A stretch of 25,310 nt of DNA from a virus (taxonomy: Duplodnaviria; Caudoviricetes), in IMG/VR virus record IMGVR_UViG_3300032092_000220, positions 1 to 25,310 of that record. The stretch is one strand, 5' to 3'. Under the pieces are notes generated by a model. That model was given only the letters and a program-made list of their open reading frames with translations, ran no database searches and was not told the DNA's origin. Numbering within the stretch: position 1 is the first letter of the stretch; each line of letters begins with the position of its first letter. Below are positions 1 through 9,108 of this stretch, piece by piece. The translations under genes and the position numbers were made by a program.

Positions 1-780
1 GCGCCGGGAGGCGGGGCGGTCGGGAGCTTTTACCAGCATCCGCCTTTGATCAACAACACGAACACGATGTCTGTGGGCGGCGGCTCGTCCAACTACGTCC
101 AGCCTTTCGTGCTGCCATATGGAGTCAGCGCGTCCTACATCCGCATGCCGGTGTCGATGTCGCTGGCCTCGACCACGTTCACGACTGGCGCGGCTGGCTA
201 CGGAGCCAGCGTCGCCCAATCGAATACGCTGTGGTTCAACATCTACACGCGCGGGGGCGGCGCAAGCTCACTGTCTCTGCAATATCTCACGCAGGCATCG
301 GCAACGTGGGCGTTCCAGATCAGCTATTCGGGGACGGCCTCGACGCATACGGTCAGTTACAACGTGACGTTTCCGACGCTGGGCGGCACGTCATCCACAC
401 AGATGACATCGTCGCAGCAGTCCAGCGCGGTCAACCAGGTTCCCGCTGGCACAAGCAACTTCCAGAGCTTCCGCTATTTCGACATTCCGTTCGCCACGTC
501 ATTGTCGGCAGGCAACTACTATATGGCGCTGCAACGCTCATCGACCACAGGCGGCGGCTCGAATATCGGGCTCGGCATCAGCGCCATGATTGTCACGCAG
601 CACAACTCGTCCATTGGCGTTCCCAATCAGGCGTCGAACTCCAGCAATCATCTTGTCCCCTACCTTGGCTCATGGTCCACAAATAGCTTGGGCGCGACAA
701 CTTCCTCCATCGGCAAGGCGAGCATAAGCACACTGGGCTCGCATCCTGTTGCCGTGTTTCAGATCATCCGTGAGGCTTAA
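1..780 (+). CDS. Ser/Thr/Gly-rich putative virion or surface protein, 5'-truncated by the window edge
   Basis: Frame 1 is open from base 1 (APGGGAVGSFYQHPPLINN...), so the TTG start at 46 is probably internal. It ends at TAA 778-780. The sequence is very S/T-rich with a beta-strand pattern. Function is inferred from context only. Confidence 0.55.
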   Translation, partial: APGGGAVGSFYQHPPLINNTNTMSVGGGSSNYVQPFVLPYGVSASYIRMPVSMSLASTTFTTGAAGYGASVAQSNTLWFNIYTRGGGASSLSLQYLTQASATWAFQISYSGTASTHTVSYNVTFPTLGGTSSTQMTSSQQSSAVNQVPAGTSNFQSFRYFDIPFATSLSAGNYYMALQRSSTTGGGSNIGLGISAMIVTQHNSSIGVPNQASNSSNHLVPYLGSWSTNSLGATTSSIGKASISTLGSHPVAVFQIIREA

Positions 781-800
781 ACTTGAGCGGGACAGTCTGA

Positions 801-1508
801 GTGGAGATCGTCGGCTACGATTTCGGGAGGCACAATCTCGACTTGCACGCTTCGGCCTCGCGCATTTTCGAGGGCGCGACGTGGAAGAAGCAGCGGGTCA
901 TCCTCATCCTGCCGTCAGGCCCGACCATCCCGGCCAAGGTCGCGCTCTCGCACTGGAACCTGATCTTCCCGCCCAATCAGGCGGTCTACCGGATGCTCGC
1001 GCTCGGGCTGGAGGTGGGAGACGCCTACACGCAGGCCATCGAGGCCATTCTTGCGCATCCTGACCTCAGCACGTGGGAATACATTCTCACGCTGGAGCAC
1101 GACAACATCCCGCCGCCCGATGGCGTTCTGAAGCTCATTGCGCAGATGGAGGCCCATCCCGAGCTTTCCTGCGTCGGCGGGCTCTACTGGACGAAGGGCG
1201 AGGGCGGCGTACCCCAGATATGGGGCGATCCAATGGACCCGGTGCTGAACTTCCGGCCACAGCCGCCTGTTGCCGGCCAGCTGGTCGAGTGCTGCGGCAC
1301 GGGGATGGGCTTCAATCTGTGGCGCGTCTCGATGTTCAAGGACGCGAAGCTGCGCAAGCCATGGTTCAAGACGCTTGCTGGCGTTGACGGGGTGGGCACG
1401 CAAGATCTGTTCTTCTGGGGCGATGCGCGCAAGCACGGCTATCGCTGCGCAGTCGATTGCAGCGTGCTTGTCGGACACTATGACCACAATTCAGGGATGA
1501 CCTGGTGA
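801..1508 (+). CDS. GT-A fold (GT2-like) glycosyltransferase
   Basis: Motifs YILTLEHDNIPPPD (DxD-equivalent), GTGMGFNL, TQDLFF and AVDCSVLVGH match phage-type GT2-like enzymes. Confidence 0.75.
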   Translation: MEIVGYDFGRHNLDLHASASRIFEGATWKKQRVILILPSGPTIPAKVALSHWNLIFPPNQAVYRMLALGLEVGDAYTQAIEAILAHPDLSTWEYILTLEHDNIPPPDGVLKLIAQMEAHPELSCVGGLYWTKGEGGVPQIWGDPMDPVLNFRPQPPVAGQLVECCGTGMGFNLWRVSMFKDAKLRKPWFKTLAGVDGVGTQDLFFWGDARKHGYRCAVDCSVLVGHYDHNSGMTW

Positions 1509-2032
1509 AGATCGATATTGGCTGCGGTCCAAACAAGAAAGAGGGCTTCATCGGGCTGGACCAGTACGCTTTTCCCGGCGTCGATCATGTCGTGGCGCTG
1601 GGCCGCGACCCGCTGCCATTCGGTGACGGGACGGTTGAAGAAGCGCACGCCTCGCACTTCATCGAGCACCTGACGCAGATCGAGCGCTGCCATCTCATGA
1701 ACGAGCTTCACCGTGTGATGAAGCCCGGCGCGAAGATGGCGGTGATCGTCCCGCACTGGGGATCGACGCGGGCCTATGGCGACCCGACGCACCAGTGGCC
1801 GCCGATCTCGGAAATGTGGTTCTACTACCTCTCGAAAGCATGGCGGGACCAGAACGCGCAGCACACGGACAAGGCCAACTGGCCACACGGCTATGACTGC
1901 GATTTCGAGGCGACGTGGGGCTATTCGCTTCACCAGTCCCTGCTTGTGCGCAATCCAGAGTTTCAGCAGTTCGCGCTGAATCATTACCGTGAGGCGGCGC
2001 AGGATATGCACGCGACACTGACACGGCGATGA
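1505..2032 (+). CDS. Class I SAM-dependent methyltransferase (type 11-like)
   Basis: Motif I KIDIGCG, then FIGLD, LPFGDGTVEE, SHFIEHL and ELHRVMKPGA. The start overlaps the GT stop (GTGA). Confidence 0.88.
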   Translation: MKIDIGCGPNKKEGFIGLDQYAFPGVDHVVALGRDPLPFGDGTVEEAHASHFIEHLTQIERCHLMNELHRVMKPGAKMAVIVPHWGSTRAYGDPTHQWPPISEMWFYYLSKAWRDQNAQHTDKANWPHGYDCDFEATWGYSLHQSLLVRNPEFQQFALNHYREAAQDMHATLTRR

Positions 2033-2811
2033 GCAGCGGTTTCCAGCACGACGCTTTTCAGGGAGATGCATTCCAGCAGGGCGCGCTGGTTGTCGCGGGC
2101 GGCAGCAGAACTGGCACACTATCTGTAACGCTTGACGACATCGGCCTGTCGGCCACCGGCGCGGTTGCGCTGAGGGCTGTTCTGACGGCGACGCTGTCGG
2201 ATCTGACAGCAAACTCATCTGGCGCGCTGAGCCTTCTGGGAACAGGCAGCGTAACGCTGGCCGACGCTACACTGGCCGCGACCGGCAAAGTTGCCATTGC
2301 TGGCGCGCTCACGGCGACGTTGGCCGATGTGACCGTGGCGTCCGCTGGCACTATCGGCGGCGGCACGATCGCAGGCGTCCTTGATGCGACGCTGGATGAC
2401 GTGTCGCTTGTTGCGACGGGTGAAATTGCAGCCGCACAAGCGGCCTCGCAGGACTTCCGCAACGTTCTTGACGGCCCGGGCGAACGCTACTGGCTGGACA
2501 AGAAAAAGCGGGAAAAGGCCGACAGGAAAAAGCGCGAGGACGAACGCCTCGCCGCGCTGGAGATGGAGCTAAGGCAGGCCGAGGCGGATGCTGAGGCCCG
2601 CAACAATCCCAAGCCAGCGAAGGCTGTGCTGCCTGAGCCCCAGGTGGAGCAGGCGAAGAAAAAGCCGCGCGCCACAATCAGGCGCAAGGTTCCCGAAACG
2701 CCTGAGCTGATTCAGGCGAGGCTGGACGTCATTGCAGCGGCGGCGGAAGCCGAAGCCCTGCAACGGCAATATGACGAGGAAGCGGCAATTATCCTGCTGC
2801 TGGCTGCATGA
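2029..2811 (+). CDS. Hypothetical phage protein with 21-aa repeats and a charged C-terminal half
   Basis: ATGA overlaps at both ends. It has an N-terminal FQxDAFQxDAFQ motif, five GxLxxTLxDxxxxAxG-like repeats, and ends in DEEAAIILLLAA. Confidence 0.75.
   Translation: MSSGFQHDAFQGDAFQQGALVVAGGSRTGTLSVTLDDIGLSATGAVALRAVLTATLSDLTANSSGALSLLGTGSVTLADATLAATGKVAIAGALTATLADVTVASAGTIGGGTIAGVLDATLDDVSLVATGEIAAAQAASQDFRNVLDGPGERYWLDKKKREKADRKKREDERLAALEMELRQAEADAEARNNPKPAKAVLPEPQVEQAKKKPRATIRRKVPETPELIQARLDVIAAAAEAEALQRQYDEEAAIILLLAA
2113..2421 (+). repeat. Five degenerate ~21-aa (63-nt) coding repeats
   Basis: GTLSVTLDDIGLSATG / AVLTATLSDLTANSSG / GTGSVTLADATLAATG / GALTATLADVTVASAG / GVLDATLDDVSLVATG, spaced 21, 21, 21 and 24 aa. 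Confidence 0.85.
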
Positions 2812-3119
2812 ACGCACAACAGCGCGAAGACTGGCTCGAAGAGTTCGAGGCATGGCGGACGCTTCCGATGACGGAGGCGTTCTTTCGATCGCTCAAGACC
2901 GAGCAGACGGAAATACAGGCGGACTGGACCCGCGCGGTTTGGGAGTCGGAATCCGATCCACCGCTGGACCAGCTACGCCAACTGAGGATTCAGGCGCGAA
3001 CGCTTGAAGACGTGATCAACAGAAAGGGAACAGATGTCCTTGCATCACTCTACCCTGACCTACGAGGCATTGCCGAAGGTCAGCGAGACCAATCCGGGGA
3101 TGAAGCCCCTGGAATTTAA
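2808..3119 (+). CDS. Small helical hypothetical phage head-module protein
   Basis: Coupled to the upstream stop (ATGA). The EEFEAWRTLPMTEAFF pattern resembles small genes found just before GroES/scaffold genes in podoviruses. Confidence 0.7.
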   Translation: MNAQQREDWLEEFEAWRTLPMTEAFFRSLKTEQTEIQADWTRAVWESESDPPLDQLRQLRIQARTLEDVINRKGTDVLASLYPDLRGIAEGQRDQSGDEAPGI

Positions 3120-3429
3120 CGTGCTAGTCCTGCCGCGTGTCGTGCAGAGGCAGCGGGCTTCGGGGATATTCGTTCCCGAGAACGCGGCCCAGCGCGAGGA
3201 CGAGGGCGGGGATGAGGGCCTGCTGGTGGCAATCTCGCCGCTGGCCTTCAACGAAGAGGACTTTCCGAACCCCGACGCCATCCCGAAGGTGGGCGAGCAT
3301 GTGATGTTTGCGCGCTATGCGGGCAAGTCGTTCGTCGGCGCTGACGGTCGCGTCTATCGGGTGATGAAGGACAAGGAGATTGTCGGCATCAGGACGGCGG
3401 CTGCGACCAGTGCGCAGGTGGCGGCATGA
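3034..3429 (+). CDS. groES: GroES/Cpn10-like co-chaperonin
   Basis: MKPLEFNVLV, mobile loop ASGIFVP, GLLVAI, KVGEHVMFARYAG and YRVMKDKEIVGI. A purine-rich SD (AAAGGGAA) precedes 3034; an alternative ATG lies at 3100. Confidence 0.88.
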   Translation: MSLHHSTLTYEALPKVSETNPGMKPLEFNVLVLPRVVQRQRASGIFVPENAAQREDEGGDEGLLVAISPLAFNEEDFPNPDAIPKVGEHVMFARYAGKSFVGADGRVYRVMKDKEIVGIRTAAATSAQVAA

Positions 3430-4295
3430 GCGACGACGTTCTGGAGCAGGAAGCGCCATCGCAGGGTGAGGCCGACGCGCCAGCGCCCAAGGCTGACGAC
3501 CTCGAAACCGTCGCCCGTGAGCTGGGCTGGAAGCCGGAAACCGAATGGAAGGGAGACCCGCCCCCGGGAGGCTTTGCCACCGCGGCGGAGTTCATCCGCT
3601 CCCAGCGTGACCGCGCCAAGTCCGTCGAGAAGGAGCTGAAGAAGCTCAAGTCCGACACCGACAAGCGCATCAAGCGCATGGAGGAACAGTCAGCCAAGCA
3701 GCGCGCCAAGGAGATCGCAGACCTCCACAGCGAATATGACTGGTACATCCGCGAGGCCATCAAGAAGGGCGACGACGCGACCGAGCGCAAGCTGATCAAG
3801 GAGCGCGACGAGCAGCTCGCCAAGGCCCGGGAGGCCGACGAGGAGGCGGACGAAGACGAAGCGCCCGCGATCGACGAGGACGAGTTTGTCGAGAAGTTCA
3901 GCCCGTCCTACCCGCAGGTGCAGAAGCGTTTCTATGACGACGGCCATGCGTGGATTCTGGCCGACGACGCCGACCCCGACGCGATGCGGATCGTGCTGGA
4001 CTATGTCGATAGCGGCATCCCGTTCGCGGATGCGCTTGAGAAGGCCGACAAGGCGCTGCGCAAGGCATACGCCGACAAATACGAGGACGATGACGACATG
4101 GACGAGGAACCCGCACCGAAGCCGGCGAAGAAAGCCCCTGTTCTCGCCCCCGGTGGCCGCGGCACGGGCGGTGGAGTTTCCGCCGCCTCGCGTCTTTCGC
4201 CTGCACAACGTGAAATCGGCGCCCGCTTCGTCAAGGAAGGCCTGTTCGGCTCGCTTGAAGAATACGCGGAACAACGCCTGAAGCTGGAAGTCTGA
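3426..4295 (+). CDS. Putative capsid scaffolding protein
   Basis: Acidic, coiled-coil-rich protein with an ARELGWKPETEWKGD...AAEFI motif and a short C-terminal helix (LSPAQREI...EEYAEQ). It lies upstream of the capsid genes. Confidence 0.7.
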   Translation: MSDDVLEQEAPSQGEADAPAPKADDLETVARELGWKPETEWKGDPPPGGFATAAEFIRSQRDRAKSVEKELKKLKSDTDKRIKRMEEQSAKQRAKEIADLHSEYDWYIREAIKKGDDATERKLIKERDEQLAKAREADEEADEDEAPAIDEDEFVEKFSPSYPQVQKRFYDDGHAWILADDADPDAMRIVLDYVDSGIPFADALEKADKALRKAYADKYEDDDDMDEEPAPKPAKKAPVLAPGGRGTGGGVSAASRLSPAQREIGARFVKEGLFGSLEEYAEQRLKLEV

Positions 4296-4297
4296 TC

Positions 4298-4855
4298 ATG
4301 ACCGACGAAACCGCAAAGCTTGCTGAGCCCGCCAAGGTCGATGGCCGCACCAAGGAAGCCCGCGCCCGCATCCGGCCTCGCACTGACGGCCCCAATGCCG
4401 AGCTTGCTGCCCGGCGCGCTGCCCGCAAGGCGCGTGGCGGTCTGGACTATACCAACGAGCAGAGGCTGACGCTGGCCGGCGCTGCGGTGGATTACGAGAA
4501 TTACGCATATCGCTGGTGCAATGAAGAGACCGGCAATATCGAGACCTTGCGCGCTCAGGAATGGGAAGACGTGAGCGCGGATGAGATGAATGGGCTGCCG
4601 ATGGCCCGACTGGTTGGCACGTCTCGCGAAGGCAAGGCGATGCAGGCCCGACTGATGAAGAAATGGAAGCCCTGGTTCGATGAGGATCAGGACGCCAAGG
4701 TTCAGGAATACCGGGAGCGTGAGAAGGCTCTCAAACGCGGCGCGGCAAAGGCCCCGCAGGAAACGCCCGATGATGAGGGCAAGAGCTACGCTCTGAACAA
4801 CACCATCACGTCTGCAACGCCGACAAAAGCTGCGGCAAGCGGATACACCCCTTAA
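4298..4855 (+). CDS. Hypothetical head-module protein
   Basis: In the operon between scaffold and capsid genes. YAYRWCNE...WEDV resembles a recurrent podovirus protein. Confidence 0.7.
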   Translation: MTDETAKLAEPAKVDGRTKEARARIRPRTDGPNAELAARRAARKARGGLDYTNEQRLTLAGAAVDYENYAYRWCNEETGNIETLRAQEWEDVSADEMNGLPMARLVGTSREGKAMQARLMKKWKPWFDEDQDAKVQEYREREKALKRGAAKAPQETPDDEGKSYALNNTITSATPTKAAASGYTP

Positions 4856-4871
4856 CCCCACAGGATAACAA

Positions 4872-5453
4872 ATGGCGAATACAAACGCCGCCTTTGGTGG
4901 GAAACTCGTCGGCTCTTTGCTTGGCGCTCCCATCAACGGCGCGGTGAACACGTATACGGCTCCGGCCTCATACGCCACCGACCTCTTCATTGGCGATCCG
5001 GTCGTTGTGACCGGCGCCCGCGCTTCCGGCCATCAGGTCGTCAACCTCGCTACTGCGGGATCGACGAACCAGATCACCGGCTTCATCGTCGGCTTCGAGC
5101 CCACTCCGGGCATCGTGTCGCTGGGCTATGGCGCGGCCTCCACGCTGCGCTTCCCGATCGTCGCAGACAATCCCGAGGCTCTTTTCGAGCTTCAGGAAGA
5201 CGCTGTCGGCGGCGCGATTGCGGTGGCTTCGATCGGCCTCAACGTCAACCTCGTGTCAGGCTCTGGCAGCGCCTTCACCAAGAAATCGGGCTGGCTGGTT
5301 GATTCCAGCACGGTCGCTTCTGACGCCACCTGCCAGTTGACGATCCGGGACATCGTCACCCGCGTCGATAACGAGGAAGCGACGGCCTACGCGAAGTACA
5401 TCTGTTCCATCAATCTCCACACGCGGCGCCTTGCCGCCGTGGCTGGCATCTAA
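4872..5453 (+). CDS. Putative capsid decoration/cement protein
   Basis: SD AGGA, MANTNAAFG start, LFIGDPV and VADNP motifs; immediately upstream of the major capsid gene. Confidence 0.6.
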   Translation: MANTNAAFGGKLVGSLLGAPINGAVNTYTAPASYATDLFIGDPVVVTGARASGHQVVNLATAGSTNQITGFIVGFEPTPGIVSLGYGAASTLRFPIVADNPEALFELQEDAVGGAIAVASIGLNVNLVSGSGSAFTKKSGWLVDSSTVASDATCQLTIRDIVTRVDNEEATAYAKYICSINLHTRRLAAVAGI

Positions 5454-5467
5454 GGAGGGCATGAACC

Positions 5468-6373
5468 ATGGTTATGACTCGTGCGCTTCACCCGGCCGAC
5501 CTCTGGCCCGGGATCAAGGCCCATTTCGGCAAAGCCTACAAGCAGATGGAGAAGCAGTACACGCGCTACTTCGAGGACAAGTCTTCGGACAAGGCCTACG
5601 AAGAGTTCGTGGAAAGCACCACCTTCGGCCTGCCGGACATCAAGAACGAAGGCCAGGCGATCCGCTTCGACACCGACAGCGAAGGCTACAAGACCCGTCT
5701 CACCAACGTGGTCTGGGGTCTCGGCTGGATGGCGTCCCGCGAGGAGATCGAGGACAATCTTTACGAGAGCCGCGCTGCGCGCCGTTCGCGTAACCTCGCC
5801 TACTCCATGGGACAGTCGAAGGAGATCGTCCATGCGGCTCACTTCAACAATGGCTTTTCGACCTCCTATCTGGGCGGCGACGGCGCGGCGCTGTTCTCGA
5901 CGTCGCACCCGACGCTGGCCGGCAACAAGTCGAACAAGCCCAGCGCGGCTGCTGACCTTTCTGAAGCAGCGCTGGAAGACCAGCGGATCTCCATCCGCCT
6001 GATGACCAACTCGCGCGGCCTGAAGATGTATTTCCGCGCGAAGGAACTGGTTGTGCCGCCGCAACTGGAGTTCACGGCTGAAAGGCTGATGAAGTCCGAG
6101 AAGACGCCCGGCACCGCCAACAACGACATCAACGCCAACAAGTCGGTGTCGATGAGCGGCGGCTACTCGGTCTGGGACTACCTGACCGATTCGAAGGCGT
6201 GGTTCCTCATGGTCGAGGGCGTGCCGGAAGGCATGGTCACGCTCCAGCGCCGCAAGCTGGAGATGGACCAAGACAACGACTGGGACACCGAGAACGCGAA
6301 AGCCAAGGCCACCGAGCGCTATATCTCGGGCTGGGTCGACTGGCGCGCTGTCTGGGGCGTCCAAGGCGTCTAG
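5468..6373 (+). CDS. Major capsid protein (HK97 fold)
   Basis: Strong SD AAGGAGG and strong codon bias. Motifs include LWPGIKAHFGKAY, KNEGQAIRFD, EEIEDNLY, DGAALFSTSHP, LVVPPQL, YLTDSKAWFL and RYISGWVDWR. A hairpin follows. Confidence 0.88.
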   Translation: MVMTRALHPADLWPGIKAHFGKAYKQMEKQYTRYFEDKSSDKAYEEFVESTTFGLPDIKNEGQAIRFDTDSEGYKTRLTNVVWGLGWMASREEIEDNLYESRAARRSRNLAYSMGQSKEIVHAAHFNNGFSTSYLGGDGAALFSTSHPTLAGNKSNKPSAAADLSEAALEDQRISIRLMTNSRGLKMYFRAKELVVPPQLEFTAERLMKSEKTPGTANNDINANKSVSMSGGYSVWDYLTDSKAWFLMVEGVPEGMVTLQRRKLEMDQDNDWDTENAKAKATERYISGWVDWRAVWGVQGV

Positions 6374-6405
6374 GACTAACGCTCTACATCTCTCCCATCA
6401 CTGAC

Positions 6406-6440
6406 GGGGCGCGCGGGGTAACAGCCGCGCGCCTTCATTT
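6406..6440 (+). terminator. Probable intrinsic terminator after the capsid gene
   Basis: GGCGCGCGG (6408-6416), 8-nt loop, CCGCGCGCC (6425-6433), followed by TTCATTT. Confidence 0.65.
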
Positions 6441-6457
6441 CAAGAAAGGCGCCCCAA

Positions 6458-7174
6458 GTGAGTGTTCCTGCAAGATTTCCCCGCGGCATTACCAATTCGG
6501 CTGCAACCGGCCCGATGCGGATGCTGCCCATTCCTGACCCGTCTTCGATCCACGTCTGGTTCGATGACTTCGATGATTTCGCTGCTGCGCAGTGGATCAT
6601 CACCACGACGGAGGCGGGCGCAGGCTCGGCCACCGAGGCTGTGGGCAATGAGGATGGCGGCGTTCTCGTCATCACCAACGACGCTGCCGACAACGACAAT
6701 GACTTTTTCCAGTGGTCCGGCACGGATGCGTCCGGCGCTGTGGAATCCTTCAAGTTTGCCTCTGGCAAGAAGCTCTGGTTCAAGGCCCGGCTCAAGATTT
6801 CCGACGCCACGCAGTCGGACTTCGTCATCGGCCTCCAGATCACGGACACCTCGCCGCTGGCCGTGACGGACGGTGTCTATCTGATGAAAGACGACGGCGA
6901 CGCCAACCTCGACTGCTATGTGACGAAGGACTCGACTTCGACCACAAGCGTCGCGGCTTCGACTTTGTCGGATGACACATACGCTGTGCTTGGCTTCTAC
7001 TACAACGGCGTCGATGCGGTGGAGTTCTACAAGGACGGCGTCGAGATCGCTTCGCTGGCGACGACCAACCTGCCGGATGACGAGGAGCTGACCATCAGCT
7101 TTGGCATCCAGAACGGCGAGGCTGTCGCGAAGGTGCTGAGCTTGGATTACATTCTCGTGGCTAAAGAAAGATAG
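6458..7174 (+). CDS. Putative virion protein, acidic and beta-rich (possibly ConA-like fold)
   Basis: GTG start with AAAGG SD. Motifs WFDDFDDF, LWFKARLKI, LGFYYNG and VEFYKDG; directly after the capsid gene. The fold call is tentative. Confidence 0.65.
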   Translation: MSVPARFPRGITNSAATGPMRMLPIPDPSSIHVWFDDFDDFAAAQWIITTTEAGAGSATEAVGNEDGGVLVITNDAADNDNDFFQWSGTDASGAVESFKFASGKKLWFKARLKISDATQSDFVIGLQITDTSPLAVTDGVYLMKDDGDANLDCYVTKDSTSTTSVAASTLSDDTYAVLGFYYNGVDAVEFYKDGVEIASLATTNLPDDEELTISFGIQNGEAVAKVLSLDYILVAKER

Positions 7175-7177
7175 GTC

Positions 7178-7567
7178 ATGCCAGACGCGGTAACCAGCCA
7201 GACGCTGTTTGACGGCCACAAGCGCGCGGTGATGAAGTTCACCAATCTGTCGGATGGGACCGGAGAAACAGCGGTTCTGAAAGTGGATGTTTCGGCGCTG
7301 GCCGGGGCGCCCACGCGCGTGACCATTGATAAAATCTACTACAACACGAACGGCATGACGATTGACCTGCTCTGGGACGCCACAACCGATTCCATCGCGT
7401 GGACTATCGGCAACAACGTGACGGGAACGGTCGATTTTTCCTGCTTCGGCGGCATTTCCAACGATGCAGGAGCAGGCGTGACGGGCGACATCGTTCTGAC
7501 GACCCGTGGCCACGCGGCGGGCGATGCCTATTCGATCATTCTCGACATGACGAAGCACTACACATGA
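7178..7567 (+). CDS. Hypothetical virion-module protein
   Basis: The N-terminus MPDAVTSQTL...KFTNLSDGTGETAVLKVDVSAL resembles a recurrent phage protein; the gene is in the operon. Confidence 0.7.
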   Translation: MPDAVTSQTLFDGHKRAVMKFTNLSDGTGETAVLKVDVSALAGAPTRVTIDKIYYNTNGMTIDLLWDATTDSIAWTIGNNVTGTVDFSCFGGISNDAGAGVTGDIVLTTRGHAAGDAYSIILDMTKHYT

Positions 7568-7842
7568 CGTGGAAAGGCTCATACGAGGCGGGCCGGCCGT
7601 ATGCCAAATGCGACCGCTGCGACAAGCGGGTCCGTCTGGATGAGCTTAAGACGGAGTGGAGCAATTCGCGGGTCTGTGACGGCTGTTACGACCCGCGGCC
7701 TGCCCACCTGTCCACGCCCGTTCTGAGGCCGGGCGAGGGCGCCCCTCTGCCTGGTGCAAGGCCCGACATCGTGCAGGAAGCGGCAGATGCCGATCTCGAC
7801 TTCGCCTATCGTGATGGGACAACCTACGTGCCGCCCACATGA
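7564..7842 (+). CDS. Small CxxC...CxxC protein (putative Zn-binding)
   Basis: The likely start is ATG 7564, overlapping the previous TGA, rather than 7399. It contains CDRC and CDGCYDP, and its stop overlaps the next ATG. Confidence 0.75.
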   Translation: MTWKGSYEAGRPYAKCDRCDKRVRLDELKTEWSNSRVCDGCYDPRPAHLSTPVLRPGEGAPLPGARPDIVQEAADADLDFAYRDGTTYVPPT

Positions 7843-8510
7843 GCATTTCTCTCACCTATACGGCTGGCGAGTTTGTGGATGAGGCGCTGAAGCGCTGCCA
7901 GATCCTCGGAGATGGCCAGACCGCATCGGCCTACCAGTGGACCATTGCGAGGAGCCATATCAACGGGCTCCTCAAGCTTCTGGTCACGCAAGGCCCGAGC
8001 GAATGGCGCAGGGCCACGCAGAGCCCGGCCATGACGGCGTCGGTTGCATTCGTGACGTGCAACCCGAGGCCGGATCGGGTGCATCGGGTTTACTACCGCA
8101 ATTCATCGGGCTTCGATCTCGAATTGCAGCAGTGGAACATGGACGATTATGACCGGATACCCGTGAAGACGAGCACGGGAAGGCCGACCATCTTCGCCGT
8201 CGATCGCCTGCGCACGGAGACGAAGATTTACCTCTGGCCTGTGCCGGATGCGACGATTGCGGCGGGGACGCTGCGTGTCTCCTATGAACGCGTTCCAGAG
8301 GATGTGGTGAACACCAGCGATATCCTGGACGTGCCGCAGGAATGGTTTGACGTGTTCATGGACCTTGTCGGCGGACGGACAGGGCAGAGCCTTGGCGTGG
8401 GTGAGCGTCCGCCTGTTGCTGCGGCTCTGGAACGTGGCTCCGGCAATCTCAACGAACTGCTTGGCTATGACCGTGGCTTCAGCACGCGGTTTGCAATCAC
8501 AACGGAGTGA
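7839..8510 (+). CDS. Putative head-tail adaptor (P22 gp4 / tail tubular A-like)
   Basis: N-terminal VDEALKRCQILG helix, GRPTIF, IYLWPVPD and DVPQEW; located after the head genes. Confidence 0.65.
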   Translation: MSISLTYTAGEFVDEALKRCQILGDGQTASAYQWTIARSHINGLLKLLVTQGPSEWRRATQSPAMTASVAFVTCNPRPDRVHRVYYRNSSGFDLELQQWNMDDYDRIPVKTSTGRPTIFAVDRLRTETKIYLWPVPDATIAAGTLRVSYERVPEDVVNTSDILDVPQEWFDVFMDLVGGRTGQSLGVGERPPVAAALERGSGNLNELLGYDRGFSTRFAITTE

Positions 8511-8692
8511 CCATGACGAAGGCAAAGATCAGCGACGAATCCATCCGCCTGTTGCGCAAGGCCATTCGCACAAAACTGGGGGTGAGCACGGCCAAGTCGA
8601 AGAAACCGGCAAGGCGCGAAAAGGTCGAGGCCGAGGATGATACGCCCGCTCCGCGCAAGCAGAAGGTCGAGCGGCTGGGCTTTGCTGACTGA
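8507..8692 (+). CDS. Small basic hypothetical protein
   Basis: Fills the gap exactly, with overlaps at both ends; K/R-rich. The start could be 8507 or 8513. Confidence 0.5.
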   Translation: MTMTKAKISDESIRLLRKAIRTKLGVSTAKSKKPARREKVEAEDDTPAPRKQKVERLGFAD

Positions 8693-9108
8693 TGACCGTT
8701 CGCCCGGCGACGGTCGATGACCTGCCAAGGCTCATGGGCTATGCCGAGGCGTTCCTTGCCTATCATCCTGTGACGAGCCAGTTCCCGCGCGACCTTGACG
8801 CTGTGGGCAAGGCGCTGCGGCGGATGATGGCGAGCGAGGATGCGGTCCTGCTTGTCCATGACAGCGGCGTGATTGGCGGGGTTCTGGCCCCGGTCTGGTG
8901 TTCGCCTGACGTGGTGGTGGCGACCGAGCTTTTCTGGTGGTCGGACAGGGACGGGCTCAGCCTGTTGCGGGCGTTCGAGGCGTGGGCGCGGGAGCGCGGG
9001 GCGGACATGGTTCAGATGCTGATGATTGTCGGGCGGCGTGACGTGTCTGCGATCTATGACCGGGCTGGATACACCCCTGCCGAGCTTTCTTATGTGAGGG
9101 CCGCCTGA
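8692..9108 (+). CDS. GNAT-family acetyltransferase-like protein
   Basis: VRPATVDDLPRL, GLSLLRAFEAWARERGA and IYDRAGY; it sits just before the ejection genes, as in many podoviruses. Confidence 0.8.
   Translation: MTVRPATVDDLPRLMGYAEAFLAYHPVTSQFPRDLDAVGKALRRMMASEDAVLLVHDSGVIGGVLAPVWCSPDVVVATELFWWSDRDGLSLLRAFEAWARERGADMVQMLMIVGRRDVSAIYDRAGYTPAELSYVRAA

Noticed and set aside
7399-7563. Upstream extension of the CxxC ORF
   Set aside because: It overlaps 7178..7567 in another frame; the ATG at 7564 coupled to the upstream stop is the better start.
3690-7582. Long reverse-strand ORFs (e.g. 4001..4990, 5450..6364, 6440..7582)
   Set aside because: They are antisense shadows of well-supported + strand genes in GC-rich DNA and have no recognisable motifs.
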